A stretch of 64,000 nt of DNA from Pseudolabrys sp. (GCA_030655215.1 JAURVZ010000091.1:3137-67136), one strand, 5' to 3'; positions 45,297 through 58,055 are shown, counted from the stretch's first letter. Notes: a model not told the origin generated them from the letters alone. Program-made: numbers and translations.

Positions 45297-46214
45297 TCAG
45301 AAATTCCAGCGCTGCGCGTTGGCGACGAGGAAGTCGCGGAAGACTTGTACGCGCGCAACCGATTTCAGTTCTTCCGGATAGACGAAGTACGCATCGAGCG
45401 CGAGCGTGTCTTCTTCGCCGAATAACTGAACCAGCCCGCCATTCTCTTCGACCAGATAGTCCGGCAGCATGGCGACGCCGAGACCACGCTGGCAGGCGCG
45501 CAACAGGCCGAGCACATTGTTGATGGTGAACTGCGGCACGCGCGCATTCTTGGCTTCGCGGCTGATCTCGAGCAGCCAGCGCCTATTGGCGAAATGCGCC
45601 GGCACGGCGCCGCCCAACAGGATGATGCGGTGCTTGTCGAGTTCTTCATGCGTGCGCGGCGTGCCGAAACGCTTGAGATAATCGGGCGACGCGTAAGCGT
45701 GGAAATGCACCGAGAACAATTTGCGCTGGATGAGATCCGGCTGGGTCGGCTGACGCAAGCGGATGGCCACGTCGGCCTCGCGCATCGCCAGATCGAGTTC
45801 TTCGTCGGTGGTGATCAATGTCACCTGGATATCGGGATAGAGATCGAGAAATTCGCCGAGCCGCGGCGTCAGCCAGTTCACGCCGATGCCGGCGGATGTC
45901 GATACTTTGAGTTCGCCGTTCGGCCGCTCGCGGCTGTCGGTCAGCTTGGTGCGCGCCGCTTCCAGCTTCATGAACACTTCATGCGCCGTGCGATACAGCA
46001 ACTCGCCTTGCTCGGTGAGGATCAGGCCGCGCGCATGGCGGTGAAACAGCGAGACGTTGAGGTCGCCTTCCAGCGCCGACACCTGGCGCGACACCGCCGA
46101 TTGCGACAGGCCGAGCCGCTCGCCGGCATGGGTGAAGGATCCGGCCTCGGCGGCCGCGTGGAACACTTTCAGTTTGTCCCAATCCATCGAATTGTTCGCC
46201 GATCGCATTATCAT
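45297..46214 (-). CDS. lsrB: LysR-type regulator LsrB/VtlR
   Basis: MDWDKLKVFHAAAEAGSFTHA HTH; directly downstream of trxB as in Sinorhizobium/Brucella/Agrobacterium. The true start may be 46208 or 46187. Confidence 0.82.
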   Translation of the reverse strand: MIMRSANNSMDWDKLKVFHAAAEAGSFTHAGERLGLSQSAVSRQVSALEGDLNVSLFHRHARGLILTEQGELLYRTAHEVFMKLEAARTKLTDSRERPNGELKVSTSAGIGVNWLTPRLGEFLDLYPDIQVTLITTDEELDLAMREADVAIRLRQPTQPDLIQRKLFSVHFHAYASPDYLKRFGTPRTHEELDKHRIILLGGAVPAHFANRRWLLEISREAKNARVPQFTINNVLGLLRACQRGLGVAMLPDYLVEENGGLVQLFGEEDTLALDAYFVYPEELKSVARVQVFRDFLVANAQRWNF

Positions 46215-47182
46215 TCAGCTGCCGCGTGTTGGTGTTCATGCTCATGTGCGGCGAGGAATTTTTCAGACTCAAGCGCGGCCATGCAGCCTTGACCGGCGGC
46301 GGTGACCGCTTGCCGGTAGATGTCGTCGGTGACGTCGCCGGCGGCAAAGACGCCGGGCACTGACGTCGCCGTCGAATGACTTGCGGTCTCGATGTAGCCG
46401 GATGGCTTCATCTTCAACTGACCGGCGAAAACTTCCGAAGCGGGCGAGTGGCCAATGGCGATGAACACGCCGTCAGCCGGACGCTCAGAGATGGCGCCGG
46501 TCTTGATGTTCTTCAGCCGCACCTGATTGACCTTGGTCGGGTTCTCGGCGCCAAGCACGTCGTCGAGCACCGAATCCCAGACCACTTCGATCTTCGGGTG
46601 CTTGAACAGGCGGTCCTGCAAAATGCGTTCGGCGCGGAAGTGATCGCGGCGATGAACGACCGTGACTTTCGAGGCGAAGTTGGTCAGGAACAAAGCTTCC
46701 TCGACCGCAGTGTTACCGCCGCCGATGACGAAGACTTCCTTGTTGCGATAGAAGAAGCCATCGCAAGTGGCGCAGGCCGAGATGCCATAGCCTTTGAATT
46801 TCTGTTCGAATGGCAGATCGAGCCAGCGCGCCTGCGCGCCGGTGGCGACGATCAGCGCGTCGGCGAGATAGATGTCGCCGGAGTCGCAAATGAGTTTGAA
46901 CGGGCGCTGGCCGAGTTCGACCTTGGAGACATAGTCGGTGACGATCTTCGTGCCGACATGCTTGGCCTGCGCTTCCATCTGCTCCATCAGCCAGGGGCCC
47001 TGGATGACGTCAGCGAAGCCGGGATAGTTCTCGACATCGGTTGTGATGGTGAGCTGGCCGCCGGGCTGCATGCCCTGGATCATGATCGGTTCCAGCATGG
47101 CGCGCGCGGCATAGATCGCAGCGGTGTAGCCGGCCGGGCCAGAGCCGATGATGATGACTTTGGCATGCGTCGTTTTTGACAT
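46211..47182 (-). CDS. trxB: Thioredoxin-disulfide reductase
   Basis: IIGSGPAG, SACATCDG, GGGNTAVEEA and AAGDV motifs; start re-called at 47182. Confidence 0.96.
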   Translation of the reverse strand: MSKTTHAKVIIIGSGPAGYTAAIYAARAMLEPIMIQGMQPGGQLTITTDVENYPGFADVIQGPWLMEQMEAQAKHVGTKIVTDYVSKVELGQRPFKLICDSGDIYLADALIVATGAQARWLDLPFEQKFKGYGISACATCDGFFYRNKEVFVIGGGNTAVEEALFLTNFASKVTVVHRRDHFRAERILQDRLFKHPKIEVVWDSVLDDVLGAENPTKVNQVRLKNIKTGAISERPADGVFIAIGHSPASEVFAGQLKMKPSGYIETASHSTATSVPGVFAAGDVTDDIYRQAVTAAGQGCMAALESEKFLAAHEHEHQHAAAE

Positions 47183-47445
47183 TGGTATCGCCCCGGGCGT
47201 CTTTTCAGGCGATTTCACCCGAAAAGGCATCGAATACAGCAGCTCTTGGCGCCGCCGTGTTTGCCGCCTCAATCTATGGCTTTCGGGGAGCTATGCAAGA
47301 TACGCAACCCCCAACTCTCCGAATGACTCACAAACTTCGGCGCCATGGCTAAGGACTGCGGAAAAGTCGCGCAATAATCTTTCGCGAAAGAATATTTCGC
47401 GGTATGGAAGTGTCCAGCCGGGCACGTTTGCCGAAGGGGACACCA

Positions 47446-47910
47446 TTGCCAGCCAGTCTCGATGCCATCGACCGCAAGATCCTGAAAGAGCTTCAGGACG
47501 ACGGCCGCATGACCAATGTGGAACTCGCGCGCCGCGTCGGTATATCGGCACCGCCTTGCTTGCGCCGCGTCCGCGCGCTGGAAGAGGCCGGCTTCATCAA
47601 GGGCTACCGGGCACTGCTCGACGAGAAGAAGCTCGGCTATGAAGTCGTCGTCTTCGCCATGGTGCATCTGTCCAGCCAGGCGGAAGCCGATCTTGCCGCC
47701 TTTGAAGACTTCGTGCGCCAGCAGCCTTTGGTGCGCGAATGCTGGATGCTGTCCGGCGAAATCGATTTTGTGCTGAAATGCGTCGCGCCGGACCTCAAGA
47801 CCTTCCAGACCTTGGTCGAGAAGCTGACCTCGGGCCCACATGTGCGCAACGTCAAGACATCGATGACGCTGCGGCAGTCGAAAGACGCCGCCATGGTGCC
47901 GATGGGGTGA
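47446..47910 (+). CDS. Lrp/AsnC family transcriptional regulator
   Basis: LDAIDRKIL...DGRMTNVELA...PPCLRRV; likely TTG start at 47446 after AAGGGGA. Confidence 0.9.
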   Translation: MPASLDAIDRKILKELQDDGRMTNVELARRVGISAPPCLRRVRALEEAGFIKGYRALLDEKKLGYEVVVFAMVHLSSQAEADLAAFEDFVRQQPLVRECWMLSGEIDFVLKCVAPDLKTFQTLVEKLTSGPHVRNVKTSMTLRQSKDAAMVPMG

Positions 47911-47963
47911 TGGTCTGACCGGCGCCCGGTTCTGCCCGCGGCGCCATGCTTGGAACTACTGAA

Positions 47964-47999
47964 ATCTAAGCCGTCTTGATCATCTAAGCCGTCTTGATC
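47964..47999. repeat. Perfect 18-bp tandem duplication (ATCTAAGCCGTCTTGATC x2)
   Basis: Seen directly at 47964-47981 and 47982-47999. Confidence 0.9.
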
Positions 48000-48270
48000 A
48001 ATGTCAGTTGGCGCTATGGAGGATCGACCCCGAGCGCTCCCGGCCTTCCACCTGCTGACCGGCAAGAGCTTCTGTCAGTAAATATTTGAAAGAAAATTCC
48101 ACTTCCGATAAAATATTATGGCTGCTGAAAACCAAATTTTACTTGGTATTTTACTTCGGCAGTACGATGAACTTGTGGACTAATATTTTTAAGTAAGTAT
48201 TTATTAACCTAATCGCACCAGTGTCCGTTAATGATTTGTTACCTGCGCCGGCCTGTCGTTTTCGGGAAGC

Positions 48271-50217
48271 ATGATGAAACTTGCGCTGGCGCGTGCCGCC
48301 CTCGGGCTCGGCATCGGGTTCTTTGCGATGACATCGCCAAGCTTGGCCCAGGCGCCGCCGCTTGCCACGGTCGCAAGCTTCGCCGTATTGGGCGCATCAA
48401 CCGTCACTAATATCGGCGCGAGTGTCATTACCGGCAATCTCGGCGTCAGCCCCGGCAACACGGTCACCGGGTTTCCACCCGGCATAGTCGTGCCGCCCGG
48501 CGCGATGTACATCGGCGACGCGACCGCCCTGCAGGCGCAGAACGATCTCGCCACCGCTTACGCAAATCTGGCGGCCAGACCGGCTGACTTCGATCTCACG
48601 GGGCAAGATCTCGGCGGTATGGTGCTCATTCCCGGCGTTTATAACTTCAACGCCAGCGCGCAGTTGACCGGGTTGCTAACGCTCAACGGCCTGAACAATC
48701 CGAACTCCGTTTTCATTTTCAATATTGGCAGTACGCTCACCACAGCGAGTGCGTCCGTCGTCTCGCTGATCAATGGCGCGCAAGGCGGCAACGTGTTCTG
48801 GCGCGTCGGCAGTTCAGCGACACTCGGTACAAACACGGCTTTCTCTGGTGACATCCTGGCGCAAATCAGCATCACGCTGAACAGCGGCGCCAACATCACC
48901 TGCGGCGCCGCCTGGGCGCTGGCCGGTGCGGTGACGCTCGATACGAATATGATTTCCATCTGCGCCCTTCTGGTTCCGGGCGTTGGCCCAGGACCGGGCG
49001 GCGTCACGATGGCTTCACGATTGCCGGCGTCGGCCTCGCAGAATCAGTTCGCGGTAGCGGGCGCCATCGACGCATTTTTCGCCAATGGCGGCACGCTGCC
49101 GCAAGCTTTCCTCGATCTGTTCAACCTGTCGCCGGCCGGTCTGGCGAATGCGCTGTCGCAGCTTGCCGGCGAGCCCGGCACAGGCGCAGCGCCTGCGGGC
49201 ACGCAGTCGATGAATGCGTTTTTGTCGCTGCTGACCAATCCGTTCAACAATAATGGCCGCGGCGCAGCGCCGGACATGCCGCCGCCGCAGCGGCCGGGAA
49301 TGTATCTGAAGGCGCCTTACAAGGCCGCTCAAAACGCATCTGTAGCCGAGCCACGGCGCTGGAGCATTTGGGCCGCGGCCTATGGCGGCAACGGCACCAC
49401 CGGTGGCGATACGACCGCCGGCAGTCACGATCGTTCCGTGCGCACTGTCGGTTACGCAGCGGGCCTCGATTACCGTCTGACGCCTTACACCGTTGTCGGA
49501 TTTGCCGTTGCCGGCGGCCGCGCCAATTTCAATGTCGATGGCGGCTATGGCGGCGGACACAGCGATCTGTTTCAGGTTGCACTGTACGGCACGACAAGGA
49601 TCAACGCCGCCTATGTCTCGACCGCGCTGGCGTTTGCCTGGCATCAGGTTTCGGCCAACCGCTCGGTCACCGTCGCCGGCACCGATACTTTCAGCGCTGA
49701 TTACTCCGCCACCAACATCGCCGGCCGTATCGAAGGCGGCTACCGGTTTGCCGTGCTTGAAGGCTATGACGGCGGCGGCTTCGGCGTGACGCCTTACGCC
49801 GCCGCGCAATTGCAGGTCTACCGCGCGCCCGGCTACAGCGAGACTGTCGTTTCGGGCTCGCCTGTCTTTGCGCTCGCCTATGAGTCGCGGACGACGACCA
49901 CGTTGCGCACCGAACTCGGCCTCTGGTTCGACAAGAGCTACGGCAACACACGCGGCACGGCGCTGACACTGTTCGCCCGCACTGCCTGGGCGCACGACAC
50001 GTTTTCCGATCCCACGGTGATTGCTTCGTTCCAGGCGCTGCCGGGTTCGAGCTTCACCGTTACCGGCGCGCGGCCGGTCAGCGTTTCCCAGCTGCTGACG
50101 GCCGGCGCTGAGCTGTCGATGCGGAATGGCTGGGCGGTGATGGCGAAGCTGGACAGCGAACTGGCGGAACGGTCGCAGACTTATACCGGAACGGCGCGGC
50201 TACGTTATGCGTGGTGA
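48271..50217 (+). CDS. Autotransporter with DUF3494 ice-binding-like passenger domain
   Basis: Signal peptide; FAVLGASTVTN, GNLGVSPG, AQNDLATAY, PGVY, VFIFNIGSTLTT and GAQ..NVFW.VGSSATLG (DUF3494); C-terminal beta-barrel ending in ARLRYAW. Confidence 0.88.
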   Translation: MMKLALARAALGLGIGFFAMTSPSLAQAPPLATVASFAVLGASTVTNIGASVITGNLGVSPGNTVTGFPPGIVVPPGAMYIGDATALQAQNDLATAYANLAARPADFDLTGQDLGGMVLIPGVYNFNASAQLTGLLTLNGLNNPNSVFIFNIGSTLTTASASVVSLINGAQGGNVFWRVGSSATLGTNTAFSGDILAQISITLNSGANITCGAAWALAGAVTLDTNMISICALLVPGVGPGPGGVTMASRLPASASQNQFAVAGAIDAFFANGGTLPQAFLDLFNLSPAGLANALSQLAGEPGTGAAPAGTQSMNAFLSLLTNPFNNNGRGAAPDMPPPQRPGMYLKAPYKAAQNASVAEPRRWSIWAAAYGGNGTTGGDTTAGSHDRSVRTVGYAAGLDYRLTPYTVVGFAVAGGRANFNVDGGYGGGHSDLFQVALYGTTRINAAYVSTALAFAWHQVSANRSVTVAGTDTFSADYSATNIAGRIEGGYRFAVLEGYDGGGFGVTPYAAAQLQVYRAPGYSETVVSGSPVFALAYESRTTTTLRTELGLWFDKSYGNTRGTALTLFARTAWAHDTFSDPTVIASFQALPGSSFTVTGARPVSVSQLLTAGAELSMRNGWAVMAKLDSELAERSQTYTGTARLRYAW

Positions 50218-50236
50218 TGCGGGTGACCTTCAAATG

Positions 50237-50265
50237 ATAAAGGCCGGGCAATGCCCGGCCTTTAT
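50237..50265. terminator. Bidirectional intrinsic terminator
   Basis: ATAAAGGCCGGGCA-A-TGCCCGGCCTTTAT between convergent genes. Confidence 0.85.
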
Positions 50266-50287
50266 TGTATCGGTATGCAAGTGAAGC

Positions 50288-50764
50288 CTACTTCCACTCG
50301 ACCTTCTTGATCTCATAACCCTTGGCGCCACCCGGTGCGTTGACTTCGACGACCGTACCCTTGGTCTTGCCGATCAGCGCCTTGGCGAGCGGCGAGGTGA
50401 CCGAGATGCGGCCTTTCTTAGCGTCGGCTTCCGGCTCGCCGACGATCTGCCACACCTTCTTCTCTTCGGTGTCTTCGTCGACCAGAGTCACCGTCGCACC
50501 GAACGTGATCGTGTCGCCGGACAGTTTCGACACATCGATGATCTCGGCGCGTGCGAGCTTGTCCTGCAGCTCGTCGATGCGGCCTTCGTTCAGCGATTGC
50601 TGCTCCTTGGCGGCGTGATACTCAGCGTTCTCCGACAGGTCGCCATGCGAGCGCGCTTCGGTGATCTGCTGAATGATGCGCGGACGCTCCACGCTCTGGC
50701 ATTGCTTGAGTTCTTCCTCAAGCACCGTATAGCCAGCCGCCGTCATCGGAATCTTGTCTACCAT
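50288..50764 (-). CDS. greA: Transcription elongation factor GreA
   Basis: [18 protein letters not shown] and [13 protein letters not shown] motifs; start at 50764 after GAGAGGAG. Confidence 0.96.
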   Translation of the reverse strand: MVDKIPMTAAGYTVLEEELKQCQSVERPRIIQQITEARSHGDLSENAEYHAAKEQQSLNEGRIDELQDKLARAEIIDVSKLSGDTITFGATVTLVDEDTEEKKVWQIVGEPEADAKKGRISVTSPLAKALIGKTKGTVVEVNAPGGAKGYEIKKVEWK

Positions 50765-50972
50765 CTCATCTCTCCTCTCGGCGGGCGTCAGATCAACTTG
50801 ATCGCGTCGTAACGCCGCCAAGCCCTTCCACTTTTAAAAACCCGTCTGTCACTCGAAATTCGACTCCGGCCATGGGTTGCCCCATCCCGGAGTCATGTCA
50901 TTGCGCAAGCCTAACGCGCGCCACCCTTTCGGGTTCAGCCAAGGTCCGAAAAGCCTGCCAAGATCAACCTGA

Positions 50973-54287
<3,315 letters not shown>

Positions 54288-54306
54288 TTTACTCCGGACT
54301 CGGCGC

Positions 54307-54338
54307 AAAAAAAGGGCGCGCTTGCGCGCGCTCCCCCG
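54307..54338 (-). terminator. Intrinsic-terminator-like hairpin in the carB 5' leader
   Basis: Minus strand GGGGGAGCGCGC-GCAA-GCGCGCCC-U7, ending 19 nt before the carB ATG. Confidence 0.65.
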
Positions 54339-54488
54339 GACCGCGACGAGGACGTAAACCCCGCGCGCGAGGGGTGCTTAGACCATTCCGGCGGGGGTGG
54401 GAAGGGCGCCTGTTAGGCTTGTCACAGCAACTTGCCCGTTACCGCCGAAACTTTAGGCGGGCCCCGCCGTTGTTCGGGCGAGGAAACG

Positions 54489-55526
54489 ATGATGGGCTTG
54501 ATATCTGGGGCATTTCGGGTGTTTCGGGAGACGAACAAGCCGGCTTTGCTGGCCGCGGTCGCGTTGGTCGGCACCTATGCCGCGGCGCGCTCGCTGGAGC
54601 CCGACGGCCAGGCCCCGGCGGCGCGCCCCCAGCGCCTGCGCAGGACCGCCAAGCGCTATACCGGCTGGCGATTCTGGCGCCACGTTTTGTACCGCACCTA
54701 TGTCGAGGTGAATGACGACCGCCTGCTGTCGCTGGCTGCCGGCGTGGTGTTTTTCGGCCTGCTGGCCATTTTCCCGGCGGTCACCGCGCTGGTCTCAAGC
54801 TATGCCCTGTTCGCCAAGGCCTCGACCATCAACAACCATTTGCACGCCTTCGCCGGGCTAATGCCGGTCAGCGCCTATTCGGTGATTGACGAGCAGGTCA
54901 CCCGCATCGTCACCAGCGCCACCGGCAAGCTCAGCTTCGGCTTCTTCTTCGGCTTCTGCCTGGCGCTGTGGAGCGCCAATGCCGGCATCAAGGCGATCAT
55001 CGACGCGCTCAACATTGTCTATGGCGTCAAGGAAAGCCGCTCCTTCATCAAGCTCAATCTGGTGTCACTGGCCTTCACGGTCTGCGCGCTGGCGAGCCTG
55101 CTGGCGGCGATAGCTGCCATTGTCGTGCTGCCGATCATCCTGTCGTACCTGCCGCTGTACGGCTATGTGCCGACGATCACCACCTGGATGCGCTGGCCGG
55201 CGCTCCTGCTGCTGGCGATCCTCGGCATGGCCGTGCTGTATCGCTTCGGTCCTGACCGCCAGAACCCGCGCTGGCAGTTCTTCACTGTCGGTTCGGTGTT
55301 CGCCGCTGCTGCCTGGCTCGGCGGTTCGGCGCTGCTGTCGTGGTATCTCGGCAGCTTCGCCGATTACGACGCGACCTATGGCTCGCTTGGCGCCGGCATC
55401 GGCCTGATGATGTGGTTGTGGATGACGGCGATTGTCGTTTTGGTTGGTGCCGAACTCAATTCGGAAATCTACACGGCGATGTTTCCCGATCCGCTACCCG
55501 ATGAAGGCGGCATCGGCAAAGGCTAG
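54489..55526 (+). CDS. YihY/BrkB family membrane protein
   Basis: DRLLSLAAGV.FF, ALNIVY and YDATYGSLG...GAELN motifs. Confidence 0.9.
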   Translation: MMGLISGAFRVFRETNKPALLAAVALVGTYAAARSLEPDGQAPAARPQRLRRTAKRYTGWRFWRHVLYRTYVEVNDDRLLSLAAGVVFFGLLAIFPAVTALVSSYALFAKASTINNHLHAFAGLMPVSAYSVIDEQVTRIVTSATGKLSFGFFFGFCLALWSANAGIKAIIDALNIVYGVKESRSFIKLNLVSLAFTVCALASLLAAIAAIVVLPIILSYLPLYGYVPTITTWMRWPALLLLAILGMAVLYRFGPDRQNPRWQFFTVGSVFAAAAWLGGSALLSWYLGSFADYDATYGSLGAGIGLMMWLWMTAIVVLVGAELNSEIYTAMFPDPLPDEGGIGKG

Positions 55527-55578
55527 TCGCGCCGCGTCATTCTCCCTAAGCTGAAAGAAAACAGCGAGGGATGAAGCA

Positions 55579-56412
55579 ATGACGGCTCCAGTTTCTTTCA
55601 CCATGCCCGGCGGCTCCATTCCCGCCATCGGCTTCGGCACCTCGCCCATGACCGGCGGCATGTCGGCGGAAACAGTGCTTACCGCCTTGAAGGCAGGCTA
55701 TCGCCATATCGATACCGGCCGCAAATACGGCACTGAAGGCGCGGTCGGCGAGGCGATCCGGCTGTCCGGTCTGCCGCGCGACGACGTCTTCGTCGTCACC
55801 AAAGTGAGCCATGAAAACCTGCGCGCCGCCGATTTCGCGCGCTCGGTCGAGCAAAGCCTCGAGGCACTCAAGCTCGATTATGTCGATCTGCTGATGATCC
55901 ACTGGCCCAACCCGCAGATCCCGCTGAGCGACGCGATGCCGAGTCTGGCTAAAGCGAAGAGGGAAGGGCTGGCACGCCGCATCGGCGTCGCCAATTTTAA
56001 CACGACATTGCTCGATGAGGCTGTGAAGCTGAGTTCAGAGCCGCTGTCGGTGTTGCAGGCCGAGTATCATCCCTATCTCGACCAGACCAAGTTGCTCGCC
56101 GCCGTGCGCCGGCATGGGCTCGCCTTTGTGGCGCATTGTCCTTTGGCGCGTGGCCGCATGTTCGAGGATCAGGTGCTCGGCGACATCGCCAAGGCACATG
56201 GCCGCGGCATCGCGCAGGTCGCACTGCGCTGGCTTATTCAGCAGAATGTGGTGCCGATTCCGTTCTCGTCAAAGCCGGAGCGCATTGCCGAGAATTTCGA
56301 CGTCTTCGGTTTTACGCTCAGCGATGATGAGATGGCCCGCATTGCGGCGCTGAAACGATCGGACGGCCGCATTGCCAATCCGGTCGAGCGGGTTAGTGGT
56401 GGGTGGGACTGA
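55579..56412 (+). CDS. Aldo/keto reductase (DkgB-like)
   Basis: GYRHIDT..KY, TK, DYVDLLMIHWP, IGVANF and Q.EYHPY motifs. Confidence 0.92.
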   Translation: MTAPVSFTMPGGSIPAIGFGTSPMTGGMSAETVLTALKAGYRHIDTGRKYGTEGAVGEAIRLSGLPRDDVFVVTKVSHENLRAADFARSVEQSLEALKLDYVDLLMIHWPNPQIPLSDAMPSLAKAKREGLARRIGVANFNTTLLDEAVKLSSEPLSVLQAEYHPYLDQTKLLAAVRRHGLAFVAHCPLARGRMFEDQVLGDIAKAHGRGIAQVALRWLIQQNVVPIPFSSKPERIAENFDVFGFTLSDDEMARIAALKRSDGRIANPVERVSGGWD

Positions 56413-56420
56413 TTGATCCG

Positions 56421-56526
56421 CCCTCATCCTGAGGAGGCGCGCAGCGCCGTCTCGAAGGAGAGGGCGGGCACCGAGGCGGCCTCTGGTTCGAGACGCATCG
56501 CTTCGCGATGCACCTCACCATGAGGC
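56421..56526. repeat. Inverted pair of REP-like repeats (same family as 16785-16893)
   Basis: CCCTCATCCTGAGGAGGCGCGCAGCGCCGTCTCGAAGG...TTCGAGACG...CCTCACCATGAGG between convergent genes. Confidence 0.85.
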
Positions 56527-56555
56527 CGGTTGAAGCCTCATCTTAAGGGAACGGA

Positions 56556-56762
56556 TTAAATCGCGCGCTGCTTGTGGTCGCATTCCTTGCAGCGGTATTC
56601 GACGCGGGATTCACCCGGCGCCGCGCTGACCTTGTTGACGACGCCGCACTTGCCGCACTTGGTCTCGATCCGGGTCTCGCCCTGTTTGATCGAAACGCTC
56701 TTCTTGGCCATGGCCTCGCGAATGAGACGTTCCGCCTCTTCGCGCATTTCCTGTTTCGACAT
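56556..56762 (-). CDS. Small zinc-ribbon protein (68 aa)
   Basis: Two CxxC pairs (CGKC and CKEC); N-terminal charged helix; GGAG upstream. Confidence 0.72.
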   Translation of the reverse strand: MSKQEMREEAERLIREAMAKKSVSIKQGETRIETKCGKCGVVNKVSAAPGESRVEYRCKECDHKQRAI

Positions 56763-56822
56763 TGCCAGCCCGCTCCGGTTTCGGGGCGGTCATACTATCG
56801 TTCGCAGCGGCGTGTCTATCCT

Positions 56823-58055
56823 TTACCCGCGCGATAATGCGGAGACCTCGATCGGTTTCAGCTTGTAAAAGCCGACATCGATGGCCTCGTTGCGGAAGCC
56901 GACCTCGCAATAGCAGAGGTAATACTCCCACATACGGCGGAAATTGGCGTCGAAGCCGAGCTTCTCGATGGCCGGCCAGGTTGCCAGGAAGCGTGCACGC
57001 CACTCCGCCAAGGTGCGGGCATAGCTCAGGCCGAAGGGCTGATGCGCCACCAATTCGAGCCCGGCGCGCGCCGCCTCGCGGCGGATGATCTCGACCGTCG
57101 GCAATACGCCGCCGGGGAAGATGTAGCGCTGGATGAAATCCGGCTCATGGCGGTATTTGGCGAAACGCTCTTCGGCAATGGTGATCGCCTGCAGCAGCAC
57201 GGTGCCACTTTGCGTCAGCGCGTTGCGCAGCTTGGCGAAGTAGGTCGGCCAGTAGCTCTCGCCGACCGCCTCGATCATTTCGATCGAGACAATGCGGTCA
57301 TAAGTCTCCGGCACGTCGCGGTAATCCTGCAGGCGGATATCGGCTTTACCGACGCGCGCCTTGGCATAAGCCAACTGCTCTTCCGACAATGTAATGCCGG
57401 TGACGGCGCATTGCGGCGAGAGGCGCTCCATCAGCGCGCCCCAGCCGCAGCCGATTTCCAGCACGCGCTCGCCGCCTTTGATGTCGAGCAGTTCGACGAC
57501 ACGGTCGAGCTTGGCCTGTTGCGCCGCGCCGAGCGGCTGCTGTGAATGCGTGAACAGCGCCGACGAATACTGCATGCCGCGGTCGAGCCATTGCTCATAG
57601 AACGCATTGCCGAGATCGTAATGCGCCGCGATGTTGCGCTTGCTGCCGCGCTTGGTGTTGCGGTTGCGGTGGTGCTGCCAGCGCCACAACAGGCGCTGCG
57701 CCAGCGAGCCGGAGATCGACTTGCTCATGCTGGATTCATTGCGCGCGCCGAATTCGAGAAAGGCGAGCAGGTTCGGCGTCCACCAGCCGCCTTCGATATA
57801 GGCGTCGGCGAAAGCCAGTTCGCCACCAACCACCAAGCGCCAGACAGTGCGCCAGCGGCGGATAACGATCTTGGCGCTCGGCCCTTCGCGTTCGCCTTGC
57901 TTGTAGAGCACTTCGTTGTTCGGCAGCACGATGGTCAGTTCGCCGAAAGCAACTTGCGACATCAGCTTCTGGAGTTGCCGCGCCAAGAACGGCGTGCGGC
58001 CGGTTTGTTGCCGCCGTTGTGTGGATCGCGATGCAATGGCTGGGATGTCAGACAC
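56823..58055 (-). CDS. Cfa-family SAM-dependent fatty acyl methyltransferase (UfaM-like)
   Basis: NIAAHYDLGN, MQYSSA, LEIGCGWG, SIEMIEAVG and YIFPGG motifs; probable GTG start at 58055. Confidence 0.88.
   Translation of the reverse strand: MSDIPAIASRSTQRRQQTGRTPFLARQLQKLMSQVAFGELTIVLPNNEVLYKQGEREGPSAKIVIRRWRTVWRLVVGGELAFADAYIEGGWWTPNLLAFLEFGARNESSMSKSISGSLAQRLLWRWQHHRNRNTKRGSKRNIAAHYDLGNAFYEQWLDRGMQYSSALFTHSQQPLGAAQQAKLDRVVELLDIKGGERVLEIGCGWGALMERLSPQCAVTGITLSEEQLAYAKARVGKADIRLQDYRDVPETYDRIVSIEMIEAVGESYWPTYFAKLRNALTQSGTVLLQAITIAEERFAKYRHEPDFIQRYIFPGGVLPTVEIIRREAARAGLELVAHQPFGLSYARTLAEWRARFLATWPAIEKLGFDANFRRMWEYYLCYCEVGFRNEAIDVGFYKLKPIEVSALSRG

Noticed and set aside
47964-47999. CRISPR-like repeat
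   Set aside because: Two abutting 18-bp copies with no spacer and no cas genes.
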